This document shows, piece after piece, positions 51,142 to 54,133 of a DNA stretch of 54,133 bases. Numbering within the stretch: position 1 is the stretch's first letter; every line of letters begins with the position of its first letter. Below the pieces are notes generated by a model, which was not told where the DNA came from, ran no database searches, and saw nothing but the letters and a program-made list of their open reading frames with translations. The position numbers and the translations under genes are program-made. The DNA is taken from the NCBI RefSeq assembly GCF_001194135.2, contig NC_068982.1, positions 29,664,973-29,719,105 on the forward strand, in the 5' to 3' direction. The stretch comes from Octopus bimaculoides (Eukaryota).

Positions 51142-51811
51142 NNNNNNNNNNNNNNNNNNNNNNNNNNNNNNNNNNNNNNNNNNNNNNNNNNNNNNNNNNN
51201 NNNNNNNNNNNNNNNNNNNNNNNNNNNNNNNNNNNNNNNNNNNNNNNNNNNNNNNNNNNNNNNNNNNNNNNNNNNNNNNNNNNNNNNNNNNNNNNNNNNN
51301 NNNNNNNNNNNNNNNNNNNNNNNNNNNNNNNNNNNNNNNNNNNNNNNNNNNNNNNNNNNNNNNNNNNNNNNNNNNNNNNNNNNNNNNNNNNNNNNNNNNN
51401 NNNNNNNNNNNNNNNNNNNNNNNNNNNNNNNNNNNNNNNNNNNNNNNNNNNNNNNNNNNNNNNNNNNNNNNNNNNNNNNNNNNNNNNNNNNNNNNNNNNN
51501 NNNNNNNNNNNNNNNNNNNNNNNNNNNNNNNNNNNNNNNNNNNNNNNNNNNNNNNNNNNNNNNNNNNNNNNNNNNNNNNNNNNNNNNNNNNNNNNNNNNN
51601 NNNNNNNNNNNNNNNNNNNNNNNNNNNNNNNNNNNNNNNNNNNNNNNNNNNNNNNNNNNNNNNNNNNNNNNNNNNNNNNNNNNNNNNNNNNNNNNNNNNN
51701 NNNNNNNNNNNNNNNNNNNNNNNNNNNNNNNNNNNNNNNNNNNNNNNNNNNNNNNNNNNNNNNNNNNNNNNNNNNNNNNNNNNNNNNNNNNNNNNNNNNN
51801 NNNNNNNNNNN

Positions 51812-51868
<57 letters not shown>

Positions 51869-51927
51869 TGTATGCATATATAGATATGTATAAATATATC
51901 TTTATATATATATATACACACACACAC

Positions 51928-51959
<32 letters not shown>

Positions 51960-52803
51960 ATATATATATATATATTCACAGACATGAATTTATGTATATG
52001 CACACACATACAAATGCATACGCACATACATTTAAAAGCAACTGAGCATTTCAGTGATGATGTATCAGCAAATATATACACATGCACACACACACACACA
52101 CACACACATACATATACATATTTATGTATATGCAATATATATATATTTAAATATATACACACATCCACAGGCACACTCACACACTTGCACACATGTGTAT
52201 GTAAATGTATTCATGTGTGTACATAATATAATTGGGGAGGTACAGTAGAGAAATTAGACAACTAAACTTCATGCTTGTCCTGTTCTAAAATACATGATCT
52301 GCATTCTATATAAACCTGATGTTTCATGCCTCTTTCAATAAAATATATAGTGGCACTAAAATTACAAATTACTCTTCATGCCACCATAGTTGTTAGCAAA
52401 ATAAGAATTCATAGAATTAGGAGCAAGTAAATATGTAAATATTTAATTTCCATTTCCTGACAGGGCAAAAAGGAAAAAAAAAATCAAAACGGCAACCTAT
52501 ATATATATATTGTTGTGGACACAAACTGGTGTATATGTTAGCAGAAATACCAATATACATGCAAGAATATCAGAGATTCAAGGTTTATAGTAAGGGAGAA
52601 GAATTTGTATTCTCTTTTAGTACTAAACTGTGTTCAAAGACATAATGCTTCAGGAAATCTTTAACAATTTCAGCGTTTTTGGTCAGTGTAGAACATACTG
52701 ATGTTCTGTCTTTTGGATTACATTGTAGCATGAATGGTTTTAGAAAGACTACTTCCTAAATATAGTTGCTTGCTTTCAAAATTTGAAGCCTTCTGCACCC
52801 CTC

Positions 52804-52839
<36 letters not shown>

Positions 52840-54085
52840 ACACACATGCACATATATTCTTTTATTCTTTTACTGGTTTCAGTCATTTGATTGCGGCCAT
52901 GCTGGGGCACCACATTGAAGAATTTTAGTTGAATGAGTTGACCTCAGTACTGTTTTTTTTAAAATTTAATTTCTTAAGCCCGGTACTTATTTTATCAATT
53001 TCTTTTGCTGAACTGCTNNNNNNNNNNNNNNNNNNNNNNNNNNNNNNNNNNNNNNNNNNNNNNNNNNNNNNNNNNNNNNNNNNNNNNNNNNNNNNNNNNN
53101 NNNNNNNNNNNNNNNNNNNNNNNNNNNNNNNNNNNNNNNNNNNNNNNNNNNNNNNNNNNNNNNNNNNNNNNNNNNNNNNNNNNNNNNNNNNNNNNNNNNN
53201 NNNNNNNNNNNNNNNNNNNNNNNNNNNNNNNNNNNNNNNNNNNNNNNNNNNNNNNNNNNNNNNNNNNNNNNNNNNNNNNNNNNNNNNNNNNNNNNNNNNN
53301 NNNNNNNNNNNNNNNNNNNNNNNNNNNNNNNNNNNNNNNNNNNNNNNNNNNNNNNNNNNNNNNNNNNNNNNNNNNNNNNNNNNNNNNNNNNNNNNNNNNN
53401 NNNNNNNNNNNNNNNNNNNNNNNNNNNNNNNNNNNNNNNNNNNNNNNNNNNNNNNNNNNNNNNNNNNNNNNNNNNNNNNNNNNNNNNNNNNNNNNNNNNN
53501 NNNNNNNNNNNNNNNNNNNNNNNNNNNNNNNNNNNNNNNNNNNNNNNNNNNNNNNNNNNNNNNNNNNNNNNNNNNNNNNNNNNNNNNNNNNNNNNNNNNN
53601 NNNNNNNNNNNNNNNNNNNNNNNNNNNNNNNNNNNNNNNNNNNNNNNNNNNNNNNNNNNNNNNNNNNNNNNNNNNNNNNNNNNNNNNNNNNNNNNNNNNN
53701 NNNNNNNNNNNNNNNNTGTATATATATATACATGTATATGTAGCTATAAAGTAAAAGATGAATCCAAGGAGTTGAGTGAAATTTCCAAATTTCCACTGGA
53801 GTGGAATACTGTTTTTAGCCCTGTAATCTTAGCCCTGATAAAGGGTTCTCTCCCAGATATCAGATATGTTATATTCACCTTCACAGTTTCACTGTATTCT
53901 TACAGCTGTCTAAGTAATATATATGTATATATATTGCCAAAGTCTTCTGATTCGCCAGTTCCCATGAAGCCATGAAAACCATGTTAGCATGAAAGGAGTA
54001 TATTAAATAATGATGACGTCTCTGTGTATGTCTGTTTGTCTGTCTGTCTGTATGAATTATGCATGTATATATGTGTGTGTGTACA

Positions 54086-54133
<48 letters not shown>

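Noticed and set aside
555-53975. Long ORFs containing X runs and YI/HT/VC dipeptide repeats
   Set aside because: Produced by N gaps and dinucleotide microsatellites; not proteins.

Overview
AT-rich, gap-riddled animal genomic scaffold. The SINE repertoire and dense (TA)/(CA)/(TACA)/trinucleotide microsatellites resemble an octopus/coleoid cephalopod genome (inference). No host protein-coding gene could be identified with confidence; most ORFs in the supplied track are artefacts of microsatellites and N gaps. The window is mainly transposon-derived: many tRNA-derived SINE copies (my working labels A-F), RTE and R4/Dong-type LINE remnants, two Tc1-family DNA transposons (one complete, with TIRs and TA TSD), a TTAA-flanked piggyBac-type MITE and two Penelope-like element (PLE) pieces. 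Best signals: each PLE piece carries a minimal type-I hammerhead ribozyme motif (22235-22279 minus, canonical core; 12755-12790 plus, variant CUGUUGA core with palindromic stem III), and the second abuts a local fold-back duplication of its flanking DNA. Weaker leads: a splice-site-bounded Thr/Ala-rich mucin-like candidate exon (7324-7892 minus), a ~70-bp repeat/spacer array (16350-16670) and a 555-bp element flanked by (ATT)n. SINE/LINE boundaries are approximate and were read by eye.
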